This document shows positions 9,320 to 19,794 of a stretch of DNA of 64,000 nt, one piece after another (position 1 is the stretch's first letter; the number at the start of each line of letters is the position of its first letter). The translations under genes and the position numbers were made by a program. The DNA comes from Desulfobacterales bacterium (GTDB lineage: Bacteria; Desulfobacterota; Desulfobacteria; Desulfobacterales; UBA2245): assembly GCA_040771865.1 (NCBI GenBank), contig JAXGZF010000011.1, positions 1-64,000 on the forward strand. The letters are read 5' to 3'. The notes under the pieces were generated by a model. The model ran no database searches and was not told where the DNA came from. It saw only the letters and a program-made list of their open reading frames with translations.

Positions 9320-10360
9320 ATGCGCTATCAAAACGTATTGATTGAGGCCCTTGGATACGAGCTGCCCTCGAGAGTGGTGACCTCCGAAGACCTCGAAGAC
9401 CGGCTGGAACCGCTTTACAAGGCCCTGCGGTTTCAGAAAGGCCAGCTGGAGGTGATTACCGGCGTACAGGAGCGGCGTTTCTGGAAACCGGGATTCCAGA
9501 TGAAGGACGGCGCCGTTGCTGCCGGGAGAAAGGCCCTGGAAGAAACCAGCGTATCTTCTGATCGCATCGGCATGCTGATTTTCGGCGGGGTCTGCCGGGA
9601 TCATGTGGAACCGGCCACGGCCTGCGCCGTGGCTCATGAGCTTCGGCTCGGGCCGGAAACCCAGATCTATGATGTTTCCAACGCCTGCCTGGGCGTTTTA
9701 AACGGCATGGTTCAGGCGGCCAATGCCATCGAACTGGGACAGATCGAAGCGGGTCTGGTCGTCTCCTGCGAATCTTCCCGGGAGATCATCGACAACACCA
9801 TAGCGCGCCTGCTGGCCCATCCCGACATGAGCCTGTTTCGCAAAACCGTTGCTACGCTGACCGGCGGCTCCGGCGCCGTGGCGGTTCTGCTGGTTCACAA
9901 ATCGCTTTCATCCAGAAGGCGCCGGCTGCTGGGCGCAACGGTCAGAAACGCCTCACAACACCACGGGCTCTGCCTCTGGAGCCCCATGACCGAAATTGCT
10001 CCCAGAGGAGAAATGGCCCTGGAAACCGATTCGGCGGCGGTACTTCAAAACGGAGTGATTTTGGGCCAGAAGACCTTCGACGTCTTTCGCAAAAACCTCG
10101 GCTGGAACAAGAATCTGCCCGACAAGATCATCTGCCATCAGGTGGGGGCGACCCATCAGCGCTCCATACTCAAGGCCCTGAACATTCCGGCTGAAAAGGA
10201 TTTCACCACCTTTGCCTACCTGGGCAACATCGGAACGGTATCCCTTCCCATTACCGCGGCCATCGCCGATCAGCGCGAGTTTCTGCTGCCCGGCGACCGG
10301 GTGGGATTTCTGGGCATCGGAAGCGGGCTGAACTGTCTCATGCTGGGAATCGAGTGGTAG
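9320..10360 (+). CDS. oleA: OleA, thiolase/FabH-fold head-to-head acyl condensing enzyme
   Basis: EPATA, DVSNACLG (catalytic Cys), CHQVG, GNIGT, GIGSGLNC. First of four ole genes. Confidence 0.9.
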   Translation: MRYQNVLIEALGYELPSRVVTSEDLEDRLEPLYKALRFQKGQLEVITGVQERRFWKPGFQMKDGAVAAGRKALEETSVSSDRIGMLIFGGVCRDHVEPATACAVAHELRLGPETQIYDVSNACLGVLNGMVQAANAIELGQIEAGLVVSCESSREIIDNTIARLLAHPDMSLFRKTVATLTGGSGAVAVLLVHKSLSSRRRRLLGATVRNASQHHGLCLWSPMTEIAPRGEMALETDSAAVLQNGVILGQKTFDVFRKNLGWNKNLPDKIICHQVGATHQRSILKALNIPAEKDFTTFAYLGNIGTVSLPITAAIADQREFLLPGDRVGFLGIGSGLNCLMLGIEW

Positions 10361-10363
10361 TCC

Positions 10364-11278
10364 ATGACCGAAAAATCCATCGACATTTCGCCTTTCAGGC
10401 ATCTGTATCCTTTTGAATCCCGTTTCCTTTCGCTTCGTGGAATGCGTCTGCACTATCTGGATCAGGGCGCCGGCGAACCGGTCGTGATGGTGCATGGAAA
10501 CCCCACCTGGTCCTTTTACTTCCGCAGCCTGATGGGAACGCTTTCCCAAAAATACCGGGCCATCGCGCCGGATCATTTCGGGTGCGGGCTTTCCGATTCT
10601 CCATCCGAAGACAGCTACGATTACCGGCTTCACAGCCGCGTTGAAGACCTGGAGGCCCTGATCGACGCCCTGAAACTTCAGCAGAAGCTTACCCTGATCC
10701 TTCACGACTGGGGCGGCATGATCGGCATGGCCTTTGCCCTGAGGCATTCAGAGAAAATCGGCCGCATCGTTCTGACCAATACGGCGGCGTTTCCGCCTCC
10801 GGACGGAAAATCCATTCCCTGGCAACTGAAGCTGATTCGAAACTTCCCCTTCTGGGCCGCCCCGGCGGTTCTGAGATTCAATCTCTTTGCCAGGGCCGCC
10901 CTGTTCATGGCGCCGGCCAAACGGCTTTCTTCAGAAGTCCGCGCGGGCCTGATCGCCCCTTACAACAGTCCTCGAAACCGCCTGGCGACCCTGCGGTTCG
11001 TTCAGGACATTCCCCTGACGCCCTCGGATCCAAGCCATGCCCTGCTCAGAGCTGTGGACGCGGGCCTTCATCAATTCGCCAGTATTCCAATCATGATCTG
11101 CTGGGGAATGAAGGATTTCGTTTTTGACGCGGATTATCTGGCCCAGTGGCGTCTCCGTTTTCCCAAAGCGCAGGTGCATGTCTTTCCAAGGGCCGGGCAC
11201 TACCTGCTCGAAGACGAGCCGGAAGCCGTCGAATCTCATGTGATGCACTTTTTGAATCAACACCCTTTAACCCCATAA
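10364..11278 (+). CDS. oleB: OleB, haloalkane-dehalogenase-like alpha/beta hydrolase (beta-lactone decarboxylase)
   Basis: HGNPTW, HDWGG (Asp nucleophile), GHYLLED. Lies between oleA and oleC. Confidence 0.88.
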   Translation: MTEKSIDISPFRHLYPFESRFLSLRGMRLHYLDQGAGEPVVMVHGNPTWSFYFRSLMGTLSQKYRAIAPDHFGCGLSDSPSEDSYDYRLHSRVEDLEALIDALKLQQKLTLILHDWGGMIGMAFALRHSEKIGRIVLTNTAAFPPPDGKSIPWQLKLIRNFPFWAAPAVLRFNLFARAALFMAPAKRLSSEVRAGLIAPYNSPRNRLATLRFVQDIPLTPSDPSHALLRAVDAGLHQFASIPIMICWGMKDFVFDADYLAQWRLRFPKAQVHVFPRAGHYLLEDEPEAVESHVMHFLNQHPLTP

Positions 11279-11291
11279 TTGACCGACTGCA

Positions 11292-12959
11292 ATGAATGAC
11301 AATTTTATCAATATTTCAAAATACTTAAAAGAAAATGCCGCGGAGTTTCCCTATCGCCGGGCCGTGGTTTATTCAGCGGGCCGCGATACGGCCGGAAGGA
11401 TGACCTACGCGCACCTGACCTTTCAGCAGCTGGACCGGGAATCCGACTGCCTGGCCCACGGGTTTCAGGAGGCCGGAATCGTTCAGGGCGCACGGACCAT
11501 CCTCATGGTCCGGCCCAGTCCGGAGCTGTTTGCCCTGACCTTCGCGCTGTTCAAGATCGGCGCGGTTCCGGTCATGGTGGACCCGGGCATGGGCGTGAAG
11601 CGCATGCTGGCCTGCCTTGAGGAGGGCCAGCCCGAGGCCTTTATCGGCATTCCGGCCGCCCACGCGCTTCGAGTGCTTCGGCCGGGATTCTTTAAAACCG
11701 TCAGGATTCCGATCACCGTCGGAAAGCGCTGGTTCTGGGGGGGATCGACCCTGACGCAGATCCGCAAGACGCCCTGGACGCCCTTTTCCATGGCCCGGAC
11801 TCGAAAAGAGGATACGGCCGCGATTCTGTTCACCACGGGCAGCACCGGCCCGGCCAAGGGTGCGATCTATACGAACGGAATCTTTGACGCCCAGGTGAAA
11901 TCCATTCGCCGCCTGTTTGAAATCGGTCCGGATGAAATCGATCTGCCCACCTTCCCCCTTTTTTCCCTGTTTGACCCGGCTCTGGGCATGACCGCGGTGA
12001 TTCCGGACATGGATCCGACCCGGCCCGCTCTGGTCAACGCGGAAAAAATCATTCAGGCCATCGAAGATCAGGGGGTTACCAACATGTTCGCCTCCCCCGC
12101 CCTGCTGAGCCGCGTGGGCGCCCATGCAAAATCCCGCGGCATTCAACTGCCCTCGGTTCGCAGAGTGGTCTGTGCGGGCGCTCCGGCATCTCCGGAGAAT
12201 ATCGAACAGTTTTCCAAAATTCTCGGCAATGATGCAAAAATCTTCACGCCCTACGGCGCCACCGAGGCCATGCCGGTCCTGTCCATCGAAAGCCGCGAGA
12301 TTCTTTCCGAAACCGCCGAGTTGACCCGTCAGGGATTCGGCGCCTGCGTGGGACGGCCGGTCGAGGACATGGATGTGCGCATCATTGAAATCACCGATGA
12401 TCCGATTGCCGAATGGTCGGACGATCTGGAAATCGGCAAGGATGAAATCGGGGAAATTACGGTAAAGGGAAATGTCGTCACGCCGGGGTATTTTCAAAGA
12501 CCCGAAGCGGATGCGCTTGCCAAAATAAACGATGGAAATGGAATCCGGCACCGTATGGGCGATCTGGGCTGGCGGGATCAAAAAGGCCGCATCTGGTTCT
12601 GCGGCCGGAAAAGCCACCGGGTGATCACCGAAACCGGCCCCCTGTTCACCATTCCCTGCGAGGCGATATTCAATCAGCACCCGGCAGTGCTGCGAAGCGC
12701 CCTGGTCGGCGTGGGGGAAAAAACCCGGCAGGCGCCGGTCATCTGCGTCGAGCTCAAGCCCGAAGCGTGCGGTATGAACAGAAACCAGCTCACCCGCGAA
12801 CTTCTGGAACTCGGCCGACTGAACATTCTGACCCAGTCCATCGATGTGATCCTCTTTCACAAGGCCTTTCCCGTGGACATTCGGCATAACTCAAAAATAT
12901 TCCGGGAAAAACTCGCCGTCTGGGCCGAAAAACATCTTAAAAAGAAGGGGCTTTCATGA
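11292..12959 (+). CDS. oleC: OleC, AMP-dependent beta-lactone synthetase
   Basis: FTTGSTGPAKG, YGATE, HRMGDLG and the OleC-like C-terminus FPVDIRHNSKIFREKL. Confidence 0.9.
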   Translation: MNDNFINISKYLKENAAEFPYRRAVVYSAGRDTAGRMTYAHLTFQQLDRESDCLAHGFQEAGIVQGARTILMVRPSPELFALTFALFKIGAVPVMVDPGMGVKRMLACLEEGQPEAFIGIPAAHALRVLRPGFFKTVRIPITVGKRWFWGGSTLTQIRKTPWTPFSMARTRKEDTAAILFTTGSTGPAKGAIYTNGIFDAQVKSIRRLFEIGPDEIDLPTFPLFSLFDPALGMTAVIPDMDPTRPALVNAEKIIQAIEDQGVTNMFASPALLSRVGAHAKSRGIQLPSVRRVVCAGAPASPENIEQFSKILGNDAKIFTPYGATEAMPVLSIESREILSETAELTRQGFGACVGRPVEDMDVRIIEITDDPIAEWSDDLEIGKDEIGEITVKGNVVTPGYFQRPEADALAKINDGNGIRHRMGDLGWRDQKGRIWFCGRKSHRVITETGPLFTIPCEAIFNQHPAVLRSALVGVGEKTRQAPVICVELKPEACGMNRNQLTRELLELGRLNILTQSIDVILFHKAFPVDIRHNSKIFREKLAVWAEKHLKKKGLS

Positions 12960-13960
12960 CTTCGCGCAAGTCGCCGGTCGCGCTGGTCACCGGGGGCGGG
13001 GGATTTCTGGGCCTTGCCATTGTCCGGGGTCTTTTGCGGCAGAATACCCGAGTCCGAAGCTTTTCTCGAAACAGACATTCGGAACTCGAACGCCTGGGCG
13101 TGGAACAGATTCAAGGCGACCTGCGCGACCCGAAGGCCCTGATTCAGGCCTGCCGGAATGCGGACCGGGTGTTTCACACGGCGGCCAAAGCCGGCGTGTG
13201 GGGAGACTATCAGGACTACTACGAGACCAATTGCCTGGGCACCGAAAATGTGATTTCGGCCTGCCGAAAGTGCGGGGTTTCTCTGCTGATTCACACCAGC
13301 TCGCCGAGCGTGGTGTTCTCCGGAAAGGATATGGAAGGGACGGACGAGTCGGCCCCCTACCCGGCGCGCTACCTCTCCCATTATCCCGAAACCAAGGCCA
13401 TGGCCGAACGGGCCGTCATACGGGCTGCCCGGAATTTGAGGACGATTGTTCTGCGGCCGCATCTGATCTGGGGGCCGGGCGATCCCCATCTGACGCCCAG
13501 AATTCTGGCCCGGGCAAGACGCCTCAGGCGGGTGGGAGACGGCCGTAACCAGGTGGATGTCACCTATATCGACAACGCGGCCCATGCTCACCTGCTGGCG
13601 GCCGAACGGCTGGCGCAACATTCAAGGCTTTCGGGCCGGGTGTATTTCATCAGCCAGGGAGAACCGGTTTTGCTCTGGGACATGATCGACCGGATTCTCA
13701 AGGCCGGCGGGCTTCCTCCTGTCCGGGGAACCATTTCCCGAAAGGCGGCGAAGCGCATCGGCGCGATTCTGGAAACGGTTTACAGGACCTTTCGCATCCG
13801 CTCGGAGCCCATAATGACGCGCTTTGTCGCCGACGAGCTGGCGGCCTCCCACTGGTTTGACATCAATGCGGCCAGAAGGGATCTGGACTACGCGCCGCAG
13901 GTCAGCATTGAAGAAGGGCTCGAAAAGCTCGCGGAATACCTGAAAGGCAGTAAGAATTGA
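12956..13960 (+). CDS. oleD: OleD, NAD(P)-dependent 3-beta-HSD-like SDR reductase
   Basis: TGGGGFLG, TSSPSVV, YPETK, LRPHLIWGPGD. ATGA overlap with oleC. Confidence 0.9.
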   Translation: MTSRKSPVALVTGGGGFLGLAIVRGLLRQNTRVRSFSRNRHSELERLGVEQIQGDLRDPKALIQACRNADRVFHTAAKAGVWGDYQDYYETNCLGTENVISACRKCGVSLLIHTSSPSVVFSGKDMEGTDESAPYPARYLSHYPETKAMAERAVIRAARNLRTIVLRPHLIWGPGDPHLTPRILARARRLRRVGDGRNQVDVTYIDNAAHAHLLAAERLAQHSRLSGRVYFISQGEPVLLWDMIDRILKAGGLPPVRGTISRKAAKRIGAILETVYRTFRIRSEPIMTRFVADELAASHWFDINAARRDLDYAPQVSIEEGLEKLAEYLKGSKN

Positions 13961-13976
13961 GGTCGCCGGCTCGAAT

Positions 13977-15278
13977 TTAATCGGGCAGGGTATTGTAAAA
14001 ATACAGCATCAGATCGGAACGGGTGACGATTCCCAGCAGCTCTTCGTTTTCAACCACCGGAAGCCGTCCGATGTCGTGCCGGACCATGATATGAACCGCC
14101 TGCATGGGCGTTTTGTCCGGCGAAATGGTCAGAACCTGGCTGCTCATGAAGGCCTTGACCGGAGACCGGTTCAGCTGGGATTCATTGCGGACCTTTCGAA
14201 AATCCCGCCGGGAGATGATTCCCGCCAGCTTTCCATGGTCCAGCACCGGCATGCCCGTACTTCCGGTACGGCGCAGAATGGAAGCCACCTCGGCCATGCA
14301 GGTGTCGGAACTGACCGTAACCACAGGATGGGACATCAGATCGCGGATCAGAATGGATGAACCCGGAGCGCTTTGAACCAGGTCCATTATTTTTGCTTCC
14401 GCCTCCTCCAGGGTCATGCCGCGGATCATCGCGGATCCGGCCACGGAGTGACCGCCGCCGCCCAGATGACGCATGATGGCGCCTACATCAATGCTCTCGA
14501 TTTCGCTGCGTCCGATGATGATGCACTTGGATCCCTGATTGACGGAAAAAATTCCAAATGCCGCCTCCACATTCAGAATCTCGCGGTACATCTGAATCAC
14601 CACGGCCAGATTGCCCACATGGCCTTCGATATCCGCCTTGGCGATGCCGATATGACAGCCGTTGATCGGAATACGTTTTGCGTCCCTGAGCAGGGAAAAC
14701 AGGACGTTCTTCTGTTTTTCTCCGTAAGCCGGCCTCAGAATCGACTGCAGCACCTTCAGATCGGCTTTCCGTTCAAGCAGATACGCGGCGGCATGGGCAT
14801 CGTCGGCGGTCGCCGACAGGAAGGTCAGGTTTCCCGTATCCTCGTAAAGGCCCACGAGAAAGAGGGTGGCCTGAATCGGCGTGATGATCTTGTTCTCTTT
14901 CATCAGCCGGCGGACCATCAGGGTGATCGTGGCGCCCGTGGGGGCTTCGCACCGCCAGTTTGCATCGATATTGGATCCTTCCATGTGGTGATCCCAGAGA
15001 TGAATCTCGAGATCCTTGCGCTCCCGCAGCGCCTCCATGCCTTCCAGCCGGCTCCAGTTGTTGGTGTCCACGACGATCAGGCGTCGCACTCCACTCAGGT
15101 CGACCTCCTCGGGGGAACGCATGTCAAACAGGTCCTTGTGAAGCGACAGAAAGGCCTTGATATTGGAGTTGACGTTTCTGGGAAGCACCGGAACCGCGTC
15201 CGGATACAGAATGGTGGCCGCCACCAAGGACGCCAGCGCATCAAAATCGGTATTTTTATGCGTTGTTACGATCTGCAT
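13977..15278 (-). CDS. DHH/DHHA1 phosphoesterase with tandem CBS domains
   Basis: THKNTDFDA, VVDT, WDHH, YEDTG, GGGGH..AGSA, then two CBS repeats (DLMSHPVVTV; IGRLPVV). Confidence 0.85.
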   Translation of the reverse strand: MQIVTTHKNTDFDALASLVAATILYPDAVPVLPRNVNSNIKAFLSLHKDLFDMRSPEEVDLSGVRRLIVVDTNNWSRLEGMEALRERKDLEIHLWDHHMEGSNIDANWRCEAPTGATITLMVRRLMKENKIITPIQATLFLVGLYEDTGNLTFLSATADDAHAAAYLLERKADLKVLQSILRPAYGEKQKNVLFSLLRDAKRIPINGCHIGIAKADIEGHVGNLAVVIQMYREILNVEAAFGIFSVNQGSKCIIIGRSEIESIDVGAIMRHLGGGGHSVAGSAMIRGMTLEEAEAKIMDLVQSAPGSSILIRDLMSHPVVTVSSDTCMAEVASILRRTGSTGMPVLDHGKLAGIISRRDFRKVRNESQLNRSPVKAFMSSQVLTISPDKTPMQAVHIMVRHDIGRLPVVENEELLGIVTRSDLMLYFYNTLPD

Positions 15279-16107
15279 TTTTCAAATCGTCCGGTTTTCC
15301 ATCGGCATTGTTCTGATCCCATGCCGTGGCCTGAGGCGGCGCCTTCCGGTTATCTTCGTATCCCAGCAAGAGACGCTGCTCGGCGGCTTTGGCGTCGTAT
15401 TCCAGCTGAAGCCGGTATTTATCGATCTCGATGTGGCTTTCGATGGTTTTTTTGGCCAGAAGGTATCTCAGATAAACCAGCCAGGTAAGCAGCAGCGCCA
15501 TCACCACGGCGATTCCCAGAAACACCCATCGATACCGGCTCAGAGTTTCAACTCCAACCCGTCCGATATAAGTGATCAGATTGGGAATCACCCAGTAGAG
15601 AAAAACCCCGAGGAAAATGAAAAACCCGATGGTAAAGATATTCAGCCGGGCCACCTTGGAAAAAATCTGTTCGAACCGTGATTTCCCTTTTAAATCCTCT
15701 GGTTCTTCGGATGTTCGCGTACTTTCATCTCCGTGAAATAAGGCGACATAGGCCTTGACCACAAAGCCCAGCAGCAGAATGGCTCCCACGGGAACGCCGA
15801 TGGCTGCCACAAACCAGGCGCGAAACGGGAAAGGCTCTTCCCGGGTCACAAGCCGGACCTGGTACTTCTCCAGAGGTCCGAAGGTTCTTTCAAAGTAATA
15901 CCGGTTAAAATCGGTCAGGGTCTTTCCGTCGGCCTCATAGATCAGGGATCCGCTGCTGTCCAGCACTTCCAGGGTGGATTTTTTGCCGGATTTGATCACC
16001 GCAACCGAAAGGATTTCCAGTTCGATCAGAAACAGGCCGATGAGAATGATGATAAACAGGCCTTTATTTTCACCGATCAAGGACAGTATGTTTTTGTTTT
16101 TAGACAT
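15256..16107 (-). CDS. Hypothetical membrane protein
   Basis: About four hydrophobic segments. Its stop overlaps the start of the DHH-CBS gene. Track start is 16122. Confidence 0.75.
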   Translation of the reverse strand: MSKNKNILSLIGENKGLFIIILIGLFLIELEILSVAVIKSGKKSTLEVLDSSGSLIYEADGKTLTDFNRYYFERTFGPLEKYQVRLVTREEPFPFRAWFVAAIGVPVGAILLLGFVVKAYVALFHGDESTRTSEEPEDLKGKSRFEQIFSKVARLNIFTIGFFIFLGVFLYWVIPNLITYIGRVGVETLSRYRWVFLGIAVVMALLLTWLVYLRYLLAKKTIESHIEIDKYRLQLEYDAKAAEQRLLLGYEDNRKAPPQATAWDQNNADGKPDDLKNADRNNA

Positions 16108-16425
16108 GTTTTCCGCTTTCAATGTTTTTCCGGACGATCAATCGAATTTGATAATTAGCACAGGCCGCCTTGCATATTCAAGGCATAAAAAGAGAGCCTG
16201 AAATATGCCGCATCGCGCATCTACATCCATAAAGCGAACATTGGGTTCGTTGCGGATCGGCATAATAATCAACCTGCACGCCCGTTTCCAAGGATTATAT
16301 TTGACAAGCGGGCCGTCAAAGCGTTAATCAGCACATGTTTTGATGGTCGGCGATCGATTCAAACCGATACATCGACACTGTTCAGGATCATTCAACCTGA
16401 TGATATTTTTCGGGAGCGAATCTCA

Positions 16426-16980
16426 ATGGGAGGCAAGGCGATCATCTCGGTTCTGGGCCCAGATCGACCCGGCATACTGGCTGCTGTTTCACAGCTGCTG
16501 TTAGAACTCGACTGCAACATCGAAAACGCCCGGCAGACCATTCTGCAGGGAGAATTTGCGGGCATTTTCATTGCGTCCATTCCCAAGGATCTGAAACCTG
16601 CTGAAATCAGGGACCGCATGCAGAAAGCCGTCAAACCGATGGACCTGACCGTTCATGTCAAAAACCTTTCGCCTGGGCCCTTTGCCGCCGGTTGCGCCTG
16701 CGAACCCTTTGTCATTACCACCCAGGGCCCGGACCGCAAAGGGCTTGTAGCCGGCATCACCCGCATTCTGGCATCTTACGGCGTCAATGTCACCAACCTG
16801 CAGGCGGTTTTCCAGGGCGGAGACGACCCTGAGGGAAACGTGATGATCTACGAGGTGGATATTCCCGGCGATATCGACAGCCAGGCGCTATACGCGGATC
16901 TTCGCTCCGGCGCTCAGGCGCTGGGACTGAGCATCAGCATTCAGCACCGTAACATTTTTGAAGCCCTTAACAGGATTTAA
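16426..16980 (+). CDS. Tandem ACT-domain protein (GcvR-like)
   Basis: Two ACT repeats, GPDRPGI and GPDRKGL. Directly upstream of the UPF0210 gene. Confidence 0.85.
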   Translation: MGGKAIISVLGPDRPGILAAVSQLLLELDCNIENARQTILQGEFAGIFIASIPKDLKPAEIRDRMQKAVKPMDLTVHVKNLSPGPFAAGCACEPFVITTQGPDRKGLVAGITRILASYGVNVTNLQAVFQGGDDPEGNVMIYEVDIPGDIDSQALYADLRSGAQALGLSISIQHRNIFEALNRI

Positions 16981-16983
16981 ACC

Positions 16984-18354
16984 ATGCTGACCGACCGAGA
17001 AATTCTTTCCACCATCGCCATGCTGAAAAATGAGCATCTCGATGTGCGCACCGTAACGCTGGGAATCAATCTGATGGACTGCGTCGCCGATGATCTGGGC
17101 AGGTTTCTGAACAACATCCGCAACAGGATCCTCGGCAGGGCTGAGGATCTTGTCCGGGTATGTGATGCGGTGGGAGAAAAATACGGCATTCCGGTGGTCA
17201 ACAAGCGCATCGCCATCAGTCCGGTTGCGGTTATCGGGGCGCGGTTCTCCACAGAGGAACTGGTCGAGGTCGCCAGAGCCCTCGATGCCGCGGCGTCCGA
17301 GGTGAATGTGGATTTTATCGGCGGTTTTTCAGCCCTGGTGGAAAAAGGCGCGGCCCGGGGCGACCGGGCTCTGATGGATGCCATTCCCCGGGCTCTGGCC
17401 GAGACACAGCGGGTCTGCGCCTCGGTGAACGTGGCTTCCAGTAAGGCGGGCATCAACATGGACGCCATTCTGAAAATGGGCGCGGTCATCAAAAATGCCG
17501 CATCCCTTTCGGCGGATCGGGACGGCCTTGCCTGCGCCAAGCTGTGCGTGTTTGCCAACATCCCTCAGGACATTCCCTTCATGGCCGGCGCGTATCTTGG
17601 AATCGGAGAAGCCGATGCGGTGATCAACGTCGGAGTCAGCGGCCCGGGAGCAGTGAGAAAAGCCATCGATCGCGCCATGGCTTCGGAAGCGAATCTGAAC
17701 CTCGGGCGCATTTCCGAAATCATCAAAAAAACGGCCTACAAGGTGACCCGTGTTGGAGAGCTGATCGGAAGAGAGGTGGCGAAAAACCTGAATATCCGTT
17801 TTGGAATCGTGGATCTTTCGCTGGCGCCGACTCCTCACGTGGGCGACAGCGTGGGCGAAATTTTTCAGAGCCTCGGGCTCAGAAGCATCGGCCTTCCGGG
17901 AACCACCGCGGCCCTGGCCCTGATCAATGATGCGGTCAAAAAAGGCGGGGCCTTCGCGAGCTCCCATGTGGGCGGATTAAGCGGCGCCTTTATACCGGTC
18001 AGCGAAGACCTGAACATCTCCGAAGCCGTCCGCGAAGGATATCTGTCCCTGGAAAAACTGGAGGCCATCACCAGCGTGTGCTCGGTGGGGCTGGACATGG
18101 TGGCGCTTCCCGGGGATATTTCCGAGGAAACCCTGGCCGCCATCATCGCCGATGAAATGGCCATCGGTGTGATCAACCGGAAAACCACAGCAACCCGGCT
18201 GATTCCGGTTCCCGGGAAAAGAGCCGGCGACACAGCCTGCTTCGGAGGCCTTCTGGGACAGGCCACCATCGTGGCGGTCACCGATGCCAGGGATAATGCC
18301 TTTGTACGTATGGGCGGACTGATTCCGGCGCCCATTCAAAGCCTGACCAATTGA
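16984..18354 (+). CDS. PFL-like UPF0210/DUF711 family protein
   Basis: LDVRTVTLGINL, NKRIAISP, VDLSLAPTP, GGLSGAFIPVSED, VCSVGLDM, PAPIQSLTN. Confidence 0.88.
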   Translation: MLTDREILSTIAMLKNEHLDVRTVTLGINLMDCVADDLGRFLNNIRNRILGRAEDLVRVCDAVGEKYGIPVVNKRIAISPVAVIGARFSTEELVEVARALDAAASEVNVDFIGGFSALVEKGAARGDRALMDAIPRALAETQRVCASVNVASSKAGINMDAILKMGAVIKNAASLSADRDGLACAKLCVFANIPQDIPFMAGAYLGIGEADAVINVGVSGPGAVRKAIDRAMASEANLNLGRISEIIKKTAYKVTRVGELIGREVAKNLNIRFGIVDLSLAPTPHVGDSVGEIFQSLGLRSIGLPGTTAALALINDAVKKGGAFASSHVGGLSGAFIPVSEDLNISEAVREGYLSLEKLEAITSVCSVGLDMVALPGDISEETLAAIIADEMAIGVINRKTTATRLIPVPGKRAGDTACFGGLLGQATIVAVTDARDNAFVRMGGLIPAPIQSLTN

Positions 18355-18370
18355 TTTCAGCCGGATAGAA

Positions 18371-18889
18371 TCATTCCAGGGCGGAAAGCACCGCCTTCAT
18401 GAAGGCCGGCAGATCATCCGGCCTTCGGCTGGTAATCATGTTGCCGTCCTTCACTACCTCCTGATCCACCCATTTTGCACCGGCATGAACCAGATCGTCC
18501 TTGATTGAAAAAAAAGAAGTCGCTGTGCGGCCTTTCAGAATATCCGCAGAGGCCAGAAGCCATCCGGCATGACAGATGGCGGCCACCACCTTGCCGCTCT
18601 GAAAAACCTTTCGAACCAGCTTCACCATCGAGGGGTGACGGCGCATGTAGTCCGGCGCAATGCCTCCGGGAATGATCAGCGCATCCACATCGGTGTATGA
18701 AATCTGTTCGGCAGAAAATTCCACGCACACCGATGTGCCGTATTTTCCGACATAGTCCCAGGCGCTTCCGGAGCCGGCCTTCAGGACCCTGACGCCGGCC
18801 TCCTTCAGACGGTAATAGGGATACCAGAATTCCAGGTCGTTGAACATATGCTCCACCAGAATAACCGCTGTCTTTCCGATCGCTGCCAT
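18371..18889 (-). CDS. pfpI: PfpI/DJ-1 family protein (type 1 glutamine amidotransferase-like)
   Basis: DLEFWYP, IPGG, AAICHAG (nucleophilic Cys), ITSRRPDDL. Track start is 18910. Confidence 0.88.
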   Translation of the reverse strand: MAAIGKTAVILVEHMFNDLEFWYPYYRLKEAGVRVLKAGSGSAWDYVGKYGTSVCVEFSAEQISYTDVDALIIPGGIAPDYMRRHPSMVKLVRKVFQSGKVVAAICHAGWLLASADILKGRTATSFFSIKDDLVHAGAKWVDQEVVKDGNMITSRRPDDLPAFMKAVLSALE

Positions 18890-18993
18890 TGTCCCCGTCC
18901 TCCTTCTCAAGCTTGAATATAAAATCGGCGTTTCATTGCCCCGAACCGCATGAAGAGGGGCATCCTGCGAAAGATCCCTTTTTCAGGCCACCA

Positions 18994-19488
18994 TCAGGGT
19001 TCCAATGCCGGGCTGTGGAAAAACCACCAGCTGATGGCGGAATCATCGCCGCCGCTGTCGTCAATCGCCCTGCCCTCGTACTCAAAGGCAAGACAGCGGA
19101 CGGCTTCGGACAGTTTGAAGGTCCGGTTGAACCTGATGTCTTCCACTGGCTTCATATGACCGGAATTCACCGCCAGCAGATTTTTTTGAAACACCCTGCC
19201 GGAATCATCCATAAAATACACATAAATGCGGAAATACTCCATACTCGAATAATTATAGATCAGATGGAAGGCAAAGAAGATGTCGCCGGCAATGGCGATC
19301 TCCTGGTCCCGGATCTGGCACTGCGCCATCAGATTCATGTCCCGGGTGCCCCAGTTGATTCCGGCGGCGCTTTTATTCTCCAGACAAATCCGATCCTGTG
19401 CTGTTACCAATCTTCCGACAGCGGTCCTCGGGGTCCACTGGCATGCGGCCAGGGACAGAATCGCCACGGTCAGAATCAGAGAACGCAT
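18994..19488 (-). CDS. Hypothetical lipoprotein
   Basis: MRSLILTVAILSLAAC signal peptide with lipobox. Track start is 19566. Confidence 0.65.
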   Translation of the reverse strand: MRSLILTVAILSLAACQWTPRTAVGRLVTAQDRICLENKSAAGINWGTRDMNLMAQCQIRDQEIAIAGDIFFAFHLIYNYSSMEYFRIYVYFMDDSGRVFQKNLLAVNSGHMKPVEDIRFNRTFKLSEAVRCLAFEYEGRAIDDSGGDDSAISWWFFHSPALEP

Positions 19489-19794
19489 GATACGGATGGT
19501 GGATCGATTGTTGCGGGTGTTCATGGGTTGCCTCAAAAGCATGGTGCGCTGAAATCCGGTTCGCATGTTCCGCGCACAAAAGAATGTTTACGTTGTTTAT
19601 TAACATATTGTTATATTTAAATATTTAATATATGACCGTATTTGTGCCGCATGTCAAGTCAAATTGCTTCTCAAATTACTTCTCCATATCAGGAAGCCGC
19701 CGGGTCTGAAATCAGCGTCAGGCAAAGAATCTCGCCGGGACGCCGCGGGCGCCGGCATTCCGATCATGCTCTGGGCCGCTTCTGCCGGATAATG

